From a bacterium (GTDB lineage: Bacteria > Patescibacteriota > CG2-30-54-11 > JBAXVQ01), in NCBI GenBank assembly GCA_037128935.1, contig JBAXVQ010000019.1, positions 1 through 29,941 of the forward strand: a DNA stretch of 29,941 bases, read 5' to 3'. Positions 7,641-16,424 of this stretch are shown here, in pieces. Within the stretch, counting starts at the first letter, position 1; every line of letters begins with the position of its first letter. The translations under genes were made by a program, and so were the position numbers. Under the pieces are notes generated by a model that saw nothing but the letters and a program-made list of their open reading frames with translations, had not been told where the DNA came from and ran no database searches.

Positions 7641-9086
7641 ATGTTTGGTCTTACAAATAGAGAACAAGTCATAAAAAATCCTCAAGCAAGTGAACTGCAA
7701 CATAAACGCAGGTATTTTTCTTACAAGAGAAGAGGAGAAAGAAAACCCCCAAAATCACAAGAAACTTTGAGAAGACTTCAACTAGGTCAACATACTCTAA
7801 GGGGTGTTGCTGATGCTCTTGAATTAACTTCTCCAGGAGCATGGAGAGCGATCGCTGGAATTGAACACACAGCTAGTCGCATCACCCAAGGAATTGGTGC
7901 TGAAGGGTCAAACTCTACAGGGCATGATGGTCACACAAGGCTTTCACAAGAAGGTATATTGAGTTTCAACAATGATCTTGGTGTGCTATCAAGAGAGGAT
8001 CAGGCATCTAAGCTAACCCCCCGCGAGACACAACATCTCATTAAATCTGCTACTGAGCTACTTTTGGAAATGAGATATCCTAAAAATAGAGTGGAAAGCT
8101 CAAGAACAAGACTTACTCACAGATTGCTCTCAGACCCTGTTGCTAATTTTTTAACTAAGTGGAATAAACCATTTAGCGTTTGCGCTGGTTCAGCTTTGTA
8201 TGCATGGGAGGAAACCAATAACATTTTAAATTTTGCAAATGTCTCCCCCTTACTTATCGCTGGAGGAGGCCTTACAGCACTAGTTGTTGGAAGATACACA
8301 GCTACAAGACTTATCCACAGGTACGAAAACCGTGTTTCCCAAACCTATGCAGAAGCTTCTGCTGCTGCAGAGTCTCATGGCGATCATCATCCTATGTTTC
8401 AACCACTATTTACACTACTTAACGTTGCAAGACATCATTCACTCCCAGAAGGGTACATTAAAAAAACCTTCCATAAAATGGCTGAAGATCTTGATGCCCT
8501 TTACCTTTACAAAGACTCCCCTCTATTAGCCACTGCTTTAACAACCGTATTTCGCGAAGTACAAAACACAATGACACACGATCTTAAGGAGTTTTCCCCA
8601 AGAAAAAGCTCAAAACTACTCCTAGCAAATGCGCTGAATGGTGTAGTTGAAAACTTTTTTATTAATGGGCTGGGATGGCAGCTTGCTTATAACGTAACAA
8701 AACTTCCTGATTTAAACATACCTCTGGTTGCAGGGTGTACACTTGCATCAGCACTTGCCATGCCATCAACTCGCGAACTACTTGCTCGAGCAGAAGATAC
8801 TTGCGTCAGGAAGTGGGAGACTACTGTAGAATGGTCTAAAGCACTGAGTGGTCGGTTAAATGCTTTTGTCCATGATTTTCCAAAAAAAATAACCCCAGTC
8901 AAAAGGGTTTTGTTCAATGGTTTTCTAGAGTGGGGTGCTCCATTCGCTCTAGGTACACTCTTGCTACCAGACGAAATTTCAACACCTGCACCTGCCTTAC
9001 TAACTAACACAACAGAACCACTGAATCCATTGTTAAAAACCGAGGATACATCACAAGGTCTTGAGCGGATGGTGAATGGTTCTTAA
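7641..9086 (+). CDS. Hypothetical membrane-associated protein, paralogue B
   Basis: The ORF is open from a GTG at 7572 (the track start). I prefer the ATG at 7641 (MFGLTNREQV), which has an AGGAA 8 nt upstream. Its C-terminal half is paralogous to the 5744 gene, while the N-termini are unrelated. Confidence 0.7.
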   Translation: MFGLTNREQVIKNPQASELQHKRRYFSYKRRGERKPPKSQETLRRLQLGQHTLRGVADALELTSPGAWRAIAGIEHTASRITQGIGAEGSNSTGHDGHTRLSQEGILSFNNDLGVLSREDQASKLTPRETQHLIKSATELLLEMRYPKNRVESSRTRLTHRLLSDPVANFLTKWNKPFSVCAGSALYAWEETNNILNFANVSPLLIAGGGLTALVVGRYTATRLIHRYENRVSQTYAEASAAAESHGDHHPMFQPLFTLLNVARHHSLPEGYIKKTFHKMAEDLDALYLYKDSPLLATALTTVFREVQNTMTHDLKEFSPRKSSKLLLANALNGVVENFFINGLGWQLAYNVTKLPDLNIPLVAGCTLASALAMPSTRELLARAEDTCVRKWETTVEWSKALSGRLNAFVHDFPKKITPVKRVLFNGFLEWGAPFALGTLLLPDEISTPAPALLTNTTEPLNPLLKTEDTSQGLERMVNGS

Positions 9087-9117
9087 AACTGCCTCATAGC
9101 CTCTGTCGGAGCACTTT

Positions 9118-9363
9118 CTAACTCCCCATACTCCACAACGTCTTAAATAAAATTCTGATATCAAACCAAATTGACCAATTTTCAAGGTAGTAAATATCGT
9201 AACGGACGCGTTCTTCGATCGAGGTGTCGCCTCGCCAGCCGTTTACCTGAGCCCAACCGGTCATGCCGGCTTTGACGCCGTGGCGATCCATGTAGCGGGG
9301 GATCTGTTTTTTGAATTCTTCGACGAAGCGGGGTTGCTCGGGGCGGGGGCCAACGAGGCTCAT
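9118..9363 (-). CDS. Sugar transferase (Bac_transf, WbaP/EpsL-like polyprenyl glycosylphosphotransferase), C-terminal fragment
   Basis: [16 protein letters not shown]...[43 protein letters not shown] is the conserved C-terminal catalytic core. It lies in the same frame as the 9412-10590 ORF, and the two are separated only by a TAA at 9412-9414. Confidence 0.8.
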   Translation of the reverse strand: MSLVGPRPEQPRFVEEFKKQIPRYMDRHGVKAGMTGWAQVNGWRGDTSIEERVRYDIYYLENWSIWFDIRILFKTLWSMGS

Positions 9364-9411
9364 TTCGCCGGAGAGGACGTTGAAGAGTTGTGGGAGTTCG
9401 TCGAGGTTAAA

Positions 9412-10590
9412 TTATCTTAAATACTTGCCGACGGGAGTGATGCGGGGGTCGTCTTTGACCGTCCAGAAGCGACCACCTTTTCCGTGGGCATCTTTCGTCA
9501 TGGAGCGGAATTTGTAGGTTTGAAAGACCATGCCATCGAGGCCGATGCGTTCTTGGCGGATAAAGATGGGGCCCGGGGAAGTTAGCTTCACCAGTGTAGT
9601 AATGATAAGTAATATCGGGCTGATGAGGATGGTGATGAGTAAAGAAACTGCGAGATCAAATGATCGTTTTAGGCCGAGATTGTAGCCCTGCAGTGGGGTT
9701 TTGCGAATGGAAATGAGAGGAAGGCCGTTGATCATGGCGGTGGTGTTGTAGCTGGAAAGGAGCTGAAGCATGTCGGGGACAAAGGTGAAGCGAATGTCGT
9801 GCTCTTTGCAGGTGGTGATGATCTGGAGGACGGCTTCTTGATCCAATGAGGAAAGGGTTAGGATGACTTCCCCGATGTCGTTTTTCTTCACCAACTCTTC
9901 GATGGATTGCAAACTGCCAATGACGGGGAATCCACAGAGTTTCTTCTGTTTGAGCTGTTTTGTGGGTACTACTCCGACAATCCGGTAATTCCAGATGTCG
10001 CGTTGACGAAAGCCTTCAAGAAGCTGCTCGGCGGTTGGATCGGTGCCGATGACGAGGATGTTTTTTATCCCAAAACCAAAACGACGGAGATATTTCCTCA
10101 CGGCGCGGAGTACAATCCTTCCTACTCCAATGAGTAAAAGACATAGCACCCATGCGTAAATGATTATCAAACGGGAAAAAAGCTGCTCACCACGAAAGAA
10201 TGTTACAATAACATACACTACAACTCCGGTGTTCAGAGCGCTAAAAAGTAATCGAATCTCGGCACCTAGTTCTCTGGTTTTCTCAAGGTGGTACAAACCG
10301 CTAAAAAGAAAGATGCAGAGCCAAACAACTATAATTGGCAGGATAAGATTGAGATAATCTTCCCAAGAAAAAATTAGAGGAGGGACGGCAAGGAGGTGCA
10401 AAGAAGTTAGGGGATCGGCGTAGAGACGAACAAAATACGCAGCCACAAAGCCACCGTAAAGCAAAGCTCCATCAGCAACCAGCGTAATGAGTTTCCAAAA
10501 GTAATGGAAAGAAAAATACCGTTTCATATTTTTTATTGTAGCAGATTGTTCCCTCTTTGACTTTCCCCTGCCGTTTCCTGTGTAATACAT
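9412..10590 (-). CDS. Sugar transferase (WbaP-like), N-terminal membrane and linker part, terminated by an in-frame TAA
   Basis: The product has multiple N-terminal TM helices and a CoA-binding-like linker. The start of the Bac_transf domain reads [23 protein letters not shown]...[22 protein letters not shown]...[13 protein letters not shown] more likely start is the ATG at 10527 (MKRYFSF). Confidence 0.8.
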   Translation of the reverse strand: MYYTGNGRGKSKREQSATIKNMKRYFSFHYFWKLITLVADGALLYGGFVAAYFVRLYADPLTSLHLLAVPPLIFSWEDYLNLILPIIVVWLCIFLFSGLYHLEKTRELGAEIRLLFSALNTGVVVYVIVTFFRGEQLFSRLIIIYAWVLCLLLIGVGRIVLRAVRKYLRRFGFGIKNILVIGTDPTAEQLLEGFRQRDIWNYRIVGVVPTKQLKQKKLCGFPVIGSLQSIEELVKKNDIGEVILTLSSLDQEAVLQIITTCKEHDIRFTFVPDMLQLLSSYNTTAMINGLPLISIRKTPLQGYNLGLKRSFDLAVSLLITILISPILLIITTLVKLTSPGPIFIRQERIGLDGMVFQTYKFRSMTKDAHGKGGRFWTVKDDPRITPVGKYLR

Positions 10591-10671
10591 CTATATGCTC
10601 TGCGTATTCACTTATGAAAGTTGCAGCCATGCTAGCTACTGGCACTGCTTTCCCTGGAGAGAACACCGCCA

Positions 10672-11268
10672 GTGACGTTTACCGATGATCATAAACTTGA
10701 TGCACAGCTTGCCAGCGCGGCCAAACACGACACCGAAGCGTTTGCCGAACTGTATGAAAAGTATGTGCGTCGCATCTATGCCTTCATCCGCTACCGAATC
10801 AGCGCGACCAATGAGGAAGTTGAAGATCTTGTAGCCGAAGTGTTTATGAAAGTTGTAGACAAGCTTGGACAGTTTGACGACACAAAAGGAAATTTTGCAT
10901 CGTGGCTGTTTACAATTGCCGGGAATCATCTTCGCGATAGATTCCGAAAGAAAACTGTTTCTACGGTTTCACTGGATGATACGGCAGAACTTCCTTCTGG
11001 CGACAAACCTCAGCTCCAACAGCTTCTGCAACAGGATGAACGACAACGGCTTCAAGAAGCAATTTCCACCTTACCCGAACGGGAACAGGAATTGATTGCT
11101 CTGAAATATGGTAGTGGATACAATAACCGGCAAATCGCCGAGATTGTAGGGCTTTCATCGGAAAACGTTGGGGTGATCCTCTTCCGGTCATTGAAACTAA
11201 TCCGCAGCCTAGTGCAGACATCTGCAAACTCTGCTGGTCTTCCCAAAGAAGGAGGCAATTATGGATAA
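10672..11268 (+). CDS. RNA polymerase sigma factor, ECF (sigma-70 group 4) family
   Basis: GTG start. Region 2 reads AFAELYEKYVRRIYAFIRYRI...EDLVAEVFMKV...FASWLFTIAGNHLRDRFRK. The region 4 HTH reads ALKYGSGYNNRQIAEIVGLSSENVGVILFRSLKLIR. Confidence 0.85.
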   Translation: MTFTDDHKLDAQLASAAKHDTEAFAELYEKYVRRIYAFIRYRISATNEEVEDLVAEVFMKVVDKLGQFDDTKGNFASWLFTIAGNHLRDRFRKKTVSTVSLDDTAELPSGDKPQLQQLLQQDERQRLQEAISTLPEREQELIALKYGSGYNNRQIAEIVGLSSENVGVILFRSLKLIRSLVQTSANSAGLPKEGGNYG

Positions 11269-13024
11269 GTTTCCTCAAGGAAATAACCCGCTCGAAGAAA
11301 AAGACCAGGCTGATATGCTTGAGTTTGGCCATGCTATGCAAACATTGCATGATCCGATGAGCACGGATGCTGTTGATAAGGTCAGGATGCGGGTGTTGGC
11401 TTACCATCAGAGAGTGGCTGCTCAACCGGAGCAACCGATGCATACTTCAACCATTTCTCAATCTACACCTCATCGAGTATTTTTTACTGGTTTACAACGT
11501 TTTGCTGCTGCGGCAGCAGTGTTTTTTGTTGTTGGCGCAATTGGCGTCGCCGCAAATGAGAATTTACGAAATAGTGTTATCGATACAATTGTGCCAAAAG
11601 GCAGTCTGGTGGTGCTTGCTGATCCGCCAGAAGAACAGGTTCGCGTCTGGGTTGATGGTCAGGAACGCGGTACGACACCTCTTGAAATCGGGAGAATTTC
11701 TACTGGAAACCATACGCTGAAGGTGCAAAAGGATAATTATGGTGAAGGTGTTCAGGAGGTTTTCATCGAGGCGAGAAAGACTACTTCGGTAACAATCACG
11801 TTCGATGATATCAAGGCATATCCTGAAAAAGGAAATCAGGTAGAGATTAAACTGAAGCCCTCTTCTGAACCAACCCCGCTGCACATGCAAAATTCCCAAG
11901 CAACCGTTTCAGTGACTGCTTCTTCTTACCTCACTGAAGGGTCGCGGGAGTTCTTTCCCTACAAAGTTCATGATGGATCGGAAAGAACCGCGTGGGTAGA
12001 AGGAAAAGATGGTGCGGGAGTAGGAGAATGGATTGAGTTGAGCTTTCCCCAACAGGAACTTTCTCAAATTTCACTCCTTTCTGGGTATACCATTTCTCAA
12101 ACGCTCTGGGCTGAGAATAACAGGCCGAAAGATGTTACCCTCGTGTTTTCTGATGGAACAAAGGAAAACCACACGCTGACGGACTCTTCTTCATGGCAAA
12201 CTATTACGTTTGGCAAAACAATCACCACTTCAAAAGTACGCCTTGTACTTAATTCTGTGTACAAGGGTAATAAGTTTGACGATACCTGTATTAGTGAAAT
12301 CAGGATAAAACCTGGGGTTCTGGAAAACATCTCAACAAATTCGACGACTTTTCAAAACTATGATCCGAGGGAAACTTTGCAGGCACTGGTAGATTCGCCA
12401 ACAGGGAAAAAAAACATAACAAGTGTAGTTCGCAAAACCGACACTGAATTTATCGTTCGCTATGAAGAAGAGTCTTTTGTGAATGATAATCAGCCAGTGA
12501 CTTTTGTGGGACAACGAGACGGGAAGGCTTTATTGAAAATGTGCCCGCCTCCTGGAGGGAGCTGTGCTAGCTATATCATGCAGAAAAATAGTGACCAGCA
12601 ATGGATAATAACTGAAGAAATTGGCATTTCTATTATTTATAACTACTTCCAAGGAAAACTGTATAAGACTGAGAATCAAAAGCTTTCTACTCTCTGCAAT
12701 GATGTTGCTGATTACTTTAGTAACACTAACGGGTACGATTCTTTTGTTGTAGGAGAAGTGAGAAATGACTCGTGTACGATCAAGGAAAGTAAAGGAGATG
12801 CCAAGATAGTGCTTACTAATCTCCAAAAGAGGGATACAGTAACGCTTGTGACGGTAACATTCACTGATCCGACAATGCAATATCCAAGAACTGAAATGTT
12901 TGGGACGTTTGGATTGCTCTATGCGCAGCATGACAACGATGGTTTGAATCAGGACTATGATGCGCAATACTACATGTATGATTCACCTTTAGCGGCAACT
13001 GTGAAAATACTATTTTCTAGGTAA
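11261..13024 (+). CDS. Putative anti-sigma factor or sensor: single TM, PEGA domain and discoidin-like (F5/8-type-C / NADase-type glycan-binding-like) domain
   Basis: It overlaps the sigma gene by 8 nt. The TM segment is FAAAAAVFFVVGAIGVAA. The PEGA motif is GSLVVLADPPEEQVRVWVDGQERGTTPLEIGRISTGNHTLKVQKDNY. It is followed by ASSYL...YKVHDGSERTAWVEGKDGAGVGEWIELSF...ISLLSGY...NNRPKDVTLVFSDG...VRLVLNSVYKGNKFDDTCISEIRI. The anti-sigma role is inferred from position only. Confidence 0.7.
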   Translation: MDKFPQGNNPLEEKDQADMLEFGHAMQTLHDPMSTDAVDKVRMRVLAYHQRVAAQPEQPMHTSTISQSTPHRVFFTGLQRFAAAAAVFFVVGAIGVAANENLRNSVIDTIVPKGSLVVLADPPEEQVRVWVDGQERGTTPLEIGRISTGNHTLKVQKDNYGEGVQEVFIEARKTTSVTITFDDIKAYPEKGNQVEIKLKPSSEPTPLHMQNSQATVSVTASSYLTEGSREFFPYKVHDGSERTAWVEGKDGAGVGEWIELSFPQQELSQISLLSGYTISQTLWAENNRPKDVTLVFSDGTKENHTLTDSSSWQTITFGKTITTSKVRLVLNSVYKGNKFDDTCISEIRIKPGVLENISTNSTTFQNYDPRETLQALVDSPTGKKNITSVVRKTDTEFIVRYEEESFVNDNQPVTFVGQRDGKALLKMCPPPGGSCASYIMQKNSDQQWIITEEIGISIIYNYFQGKLYKTENQKLSTLCNDVADYFSNTNGYDSFVVGEVRNDSCTIKESKGDAKIVLTNLQKRDTVTLVTVTFTDPTMQYPRTEMFGTFGLLYAQHDNDGLNQDYDAQYYMYDSPLAATVKILFSR

Positions 13025-13113
13025 TTTCTGCTTAGTTTTGTTTATTCGATAAAAAAATCAAAATGCAATTCAAAATACGTAAAAATCAATTCACATTTTT
13101 CATGTCGTCACCC

Positions 13114-13170
13114 TGCAAAAGCTCGATAGTAGTTACTTTTCGAGCTTTTGCATGTTGTTGTATTTTTTGT
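13114..13170 (+). terminator. Intrinsic terminator after the anti-sigma-like gene
   Basis: A 13-bp perfect stem TGCAAAAGCTCGA (13114-13126) / TCGAGCTTTTGCA (13140-13152) has a 13-nt loop. It is followed by the T-rich tract TGTTGTTGTATTTTTTGTT. Confidence 0.75.
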
Positions 13171-13198
13171 TAGTCTGAGCCGTAGAGGTTCATTTACT

Positions 13199-15307
13199 AT
13201 GAAAAAGTTACTTTTTATTTCCTGCTGCTTTCTTTTTTTACTGCTACCTGTTTCCTCTTTTGCCGCTCAGTATCCTAAATCAATGTGGTCGGATTCTGGC
13301 ATTAGTTTTCCCTCCTCACAAGGTCTAAATGGGAGGATTATCCCTGATACACTTGGGGGTATGTTCATACTTTCCAATTGCACAATAACCAGATTTAGTA
13401 GTAATGGGGTACAACTTTGGAGTCATGAGTTTACGAACCAGTTGTGTTATGACGCCAAAAGAAGTGTAAATGACAATATCTTCATCTATAGCAATAAAGG
13501 GGTATATAAGCTTAATGGATACGGGCAACAACTTTGGGAAAAAGCGTTGACTATTAACTTCCAACAGTTTGATGCTAGGAATAGAGGGAGAATAAATTCA
13601 CCTGTCTTCCTTCTAAATTCCTACGAAGAATCAACACTTGTCTACCCTCTCGACACTTCAATCATTGTCCAGAAGCTCGATTCAGCTGGACAGATTCTCT
13701 GGACTTCCCCGATCTACTGCACACCTTCTCCAATCTATGGCTGCAAACAAGCACATTACATTCTCAATGCTATAGAAGATAAATTCAATAATATCTTAGT
13801 CACTCATCTCAACTATTTTGCTGCTCTTCCATATATTGCAGATGCTGTAGTTGAAAAATTCCGCACTAACGGCTCACTTGAGTACACTCAAAAATTAGCA
13901 GGCATTGCGACTTACGAATTCTCATTTTATGCCCATGCTGATCCCTATGGTGGGATTACCTATTTCTGGAAAGAGCAAAAAGAATCTGACTACACTCAAA
14001 AAAATGCCGCTGTGTATGCGCAGGCTGTGACATCCTCTGGTTCTTTTGTCCTCAATTCTGGTGGAGTATCTGTTCCCAAAACTATTTATACGCCCGTACT
14101 TGCTTTTTCTCCCTATTCCAACACACCTTTCTCAGTGTTTGCTCTTAACTCATCGCAGATTGTGATCGAAGAAAATGAAATCATGGGCTATAATGCCCAT
14201 CGGTTTATCAATATGCAGCTTGATAGTTCACTGAATGTTCAAACACGAATTATTGCGCTAGAGCCTGGAGATACTCGAAGTTCTTTGTATAAGCATCTTG
14301 TGAGCAACTCAATCGATGATGATACTAATTTTATACTTGCTTGGGGTGATACTCAGCCTGGGGTAGTAAAACTAAGCTTCTCACCTGAAAATCTGATGAT
14401 CTCCAAAACTGATGGTGTTCTTTTGACAACTCCTGACATTCCTTCTACGTCTTACAGTTGCCTTTCTGTAGGTGTTTATAAAAACGATATTTTCTTAGTA
14501 GTACTGAAAGATACTAGGATATATCTTTACAAATTTTCAATAGTTGACAAGGATCTGCAAGTAACGTTTACGCCACGCCCGACAGAAACAGTTCCAGCTA
14601 CACCTACTATTCCGCTCCCCACAAATACCTATACTCCTCTCCCAACCTATACTTCGGTAAATACCTATACACCAGTAAATACCTCTACTCCAAACTATTT
14701 CACTACGTTTACTCCTTATATTCCACCTTCTTACGAAACTTATCCTGATAATTCAAAACCGATTGCAAATTTCTACGCTCAAGGATTCAAAGGTCGATGG
14801 ATAAGCCAGTACTCTCCCGCAGAGTTTGAAGGATCACGTAATGACGGCGATGAGTACTTCGATGTTTATCCTTGCGATAGAGTCCCTTTCTGGGTAATTT
14901 TGCAAAATACGGGTCAGCAAAATTGGTTTGCTCATAGTAATTATGACTCATCCTCGCTTTATGAATTTTCTTTATCAACATATAAAGACCCATATGTTCT
15001 TTCTGCTCCTTCTTGGACTGGATTTGACGACTGCCCTTCTGGAATGAACTGTGGAAAAAGTTATTTTAAAGATCCTTCATGGGTAAGTGACTATCGCATA
15101 TCTTCTCTACAAGATCAGGTTGTTCTTGGAGGAGATAAAGGTAATGCTACAAAGATTACTACAAATTTTACAATTTCATGTTCTGCCGAAAAAGGAAGAT
15201 ACAGAGAAGATATATCAGCCGCTTCAGGAAATTACTGGATTTCCAATGAAGAAAATGGTGATTACCTTCAAGTACTCCACTTCTGGGTAGGTTTTGATAT
15301 TCAATAG
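13199..15307 (+). CDS. Large secreted hypothetical protein (signal peptide, repeat-containing N-domain, Thr/Pro-rich linker, C-terminal globular domain)
   Basis: The preferred start is the ATG at 13199 (MKKLLFISCCFLFLLLPVSSFAAQ, a signal peptide) with AGAGG upstream. The track start at 13148 lies inside the terminator hairpin. GxQLW-type motifs recur (SNGVQLWSHEF, GYGQQLWEKAL, SAGQILWTSPI). The TP-rich linker is at about 14565-14745. The C-terminal domain carries VPFWVILQNTGQQNWF, which is weakly Nbr1-FW/Ig-like. Confidence 0.75.
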   Translation: MKKLLFISCCFLFLLLPVSSFAAQYPKSMWSDSGISFPSSQGLNGRIIPDTLGGMFILSNCTITRFSSNGVQLWSHEFTNQLCYDAKRSVNDNIFIYSNKGVYKLNGYGQQLWEKALTINFQQFDARNRGRINSPVFLLNSYEESTLVYPLDTSIIVQKLDSAGQILWTSPIYCTPSPIYGCKQAHYILNAIEDKFNNILVTHLNYFAALPYIADAVVEKFRTNGSLEYTQKLAGIATYEFSFYAHADPYGGITYFWKEQKESDYTQKNAAVYAQAVTSSGSFVLNSGGVSVPKTIYTPVLAFSPYSNTPFSVFALNSSQIVIEENEIMGYNAHRFINMQLDSSLNVQTRIIALEPGDTRSSLYKHLVSNSIDDDTNFILAWGDTQPGVVKLSFSPENLMISKTDGVLLTTPDIPSTSYSCLSVGVYKNDIFLVVLKDTRIYLYKFSIVDKDLQVTFTPRPTETVPATPTIPLPTNTYTPLPTYTSVNTYTPVNTSTPNYFTTFTPYIPPSYETYPDNSKPIANFYAQGFKGRWISQYSPAEFEGSRNDGDEYFDVYPCDRVPFWVILQNTGQQNWFAHSNYDSSSLYEFSLSTYKDPYVLSAPSWTGFDDCPSGMNCGKSYFKDPSWVSDYRISSLQDQVVLGGDKGNATKITTNFTISCSAEKGRYREDISAASGNYWISNEENGDYLQVLHFWVGFDIQ

Positions 15308-15410
15308 GTAGAGCATAATCACCGTACTCAGCTTACTTTACTCTTTGTAACAGTTGCTTACTTTCTCACGTACTGTTTCCTGAAATAACCCATAACAAGG
15401 AGTTTACACC

Positions 15411-16424
15411 GTGAACAAGAAAGCATCGCTCATCGGAGGAGCACTCATCATTCTGCTTGCAGGGACGATTACTGTTTCTGCCAACACTTCGCTCAGAGAT
15501 AACATCAGTGACTTATTTGTCCCTAAAGGAAGTTTGAAGGTGGTCACTGACTCTCCAGCTCAACAGGTCCAAATTTCTATCGATAGTGAACCCAAAGGGA
15601 CAACACCGTTAGAGATCAATCGTATTACAACAGGAAAACATGTTCTGAAAGTAACATCTGATGGGTACAAAGAGAGTTTTCAAGAATTTACGATCGATGC
15701 GAAGAAACTCAGGACAATCACAGTGACCGTTGGAGAAAACCAACAGCCGTATACCGAACAAGGCCAAACAGTGAGATTGGTACTTACCCCGGCTGTTCCT
15801 GTAGCCTCGGCTGTTTCGACAACAGTTGCAACGAGTTTCGCTGTTGCAACACCAACGAAAAAAGTTTCCCCTGTTACTTTGCAACTGTTAAAAACTTCTG
15901 GAGAGCAGTTACGTCTGGAGTATAAAAAAGCTTTGGATGGAACACTTGCTCTTACAGAAAACTTGGATGCAGTGAAAGCTTTCCGCAAAGATCGTGAAGT
16001 TGAGGGAGAGAATTTATTTCTGTCTATCGCAGTATATCAATATAAACCTGGTGCAACATACAAAGAAAGTTATGAAGGAGAAGAGTGGCAGCGTAACCTG
16101 GACAAGGATATTCAACTTTTTAAAAATCTAAAATCAGGCTTTCAAAAATCAGATATGTACTATATGGGATATGGCGATACTAGTGTCATGGGAAGACAAG
16201 ATGGTGGATTTGATGTAGAACTAAAAAAAATCGGAAAGGTTAATTTCGCTTTATTTACAACAGCGTTTGGACCTGCAGGCACAAAAGCTTTACGTTACTT
16301 CACTTTCCATGAACCTACACAACAGATTATCGAGATCGGCTTGGGTTACTACCCAAACAACACCTCTGAAAAACAACTTTCCCAAGTCAAATCTGAGTTA
16401 GAAAGCATTCTCGCTGACAACTAG
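15411..16424 (+). CDS. PEGA domain membrane-anchored protein (paralogue of the N-terminal module of the 11261 gene)
   Basis: GTG start with AAGGAG 8 nt upstream. The TM segment is LIGGALIILLAGTITV. The PEGA region is PKGSLKVVTDSPAQQVQISIDSEPKGTTPLEINRITTGKHVLKVTSDGY, which aligns with PKGSLVVLADPPEEQVRVWVDGQERGTTPLEIGRISTGNHTLKVQKDNY. Confidence 0.8.
   Translation: MNKKASLIGGALIILLAGTITVSANTSLRDNISDLFVPKGSLKVVTDSPAQQVQISIDSEPKGTTPLEINRITTGKHVLKVTSDGYKESFQEFTIDAKKLRTITVTVGENQQPYTEQGQTVRLVLTPAVPVASAVSTTVATSFAVATPTKKVSPVTLQLLKTSGEQLRLEYKKALDGTLALTENLDAVKAFRKDREVEGENLFLSIAVYQYKPGATYKESYEGEEWQRNLDKDIQLFKNLKSGFQKSDMYYMGYGDTSVMGRQDGGFDVELKKIGKVNFALFTTAFGPAGTKALRYFTFHEPTQQIIEIGLGYYPNNTSEKQLSQVKSELESILADN

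Noticed and set aside
9412-9414. The in-frame TAA as evidence for an alternative genetic code.
   Set aside because: TAA is used as the ordinary terminator of several neighbouring genes (for example 6980-6982, 9084-9086, 11266-11268). All other long genes are intact with the standard code.
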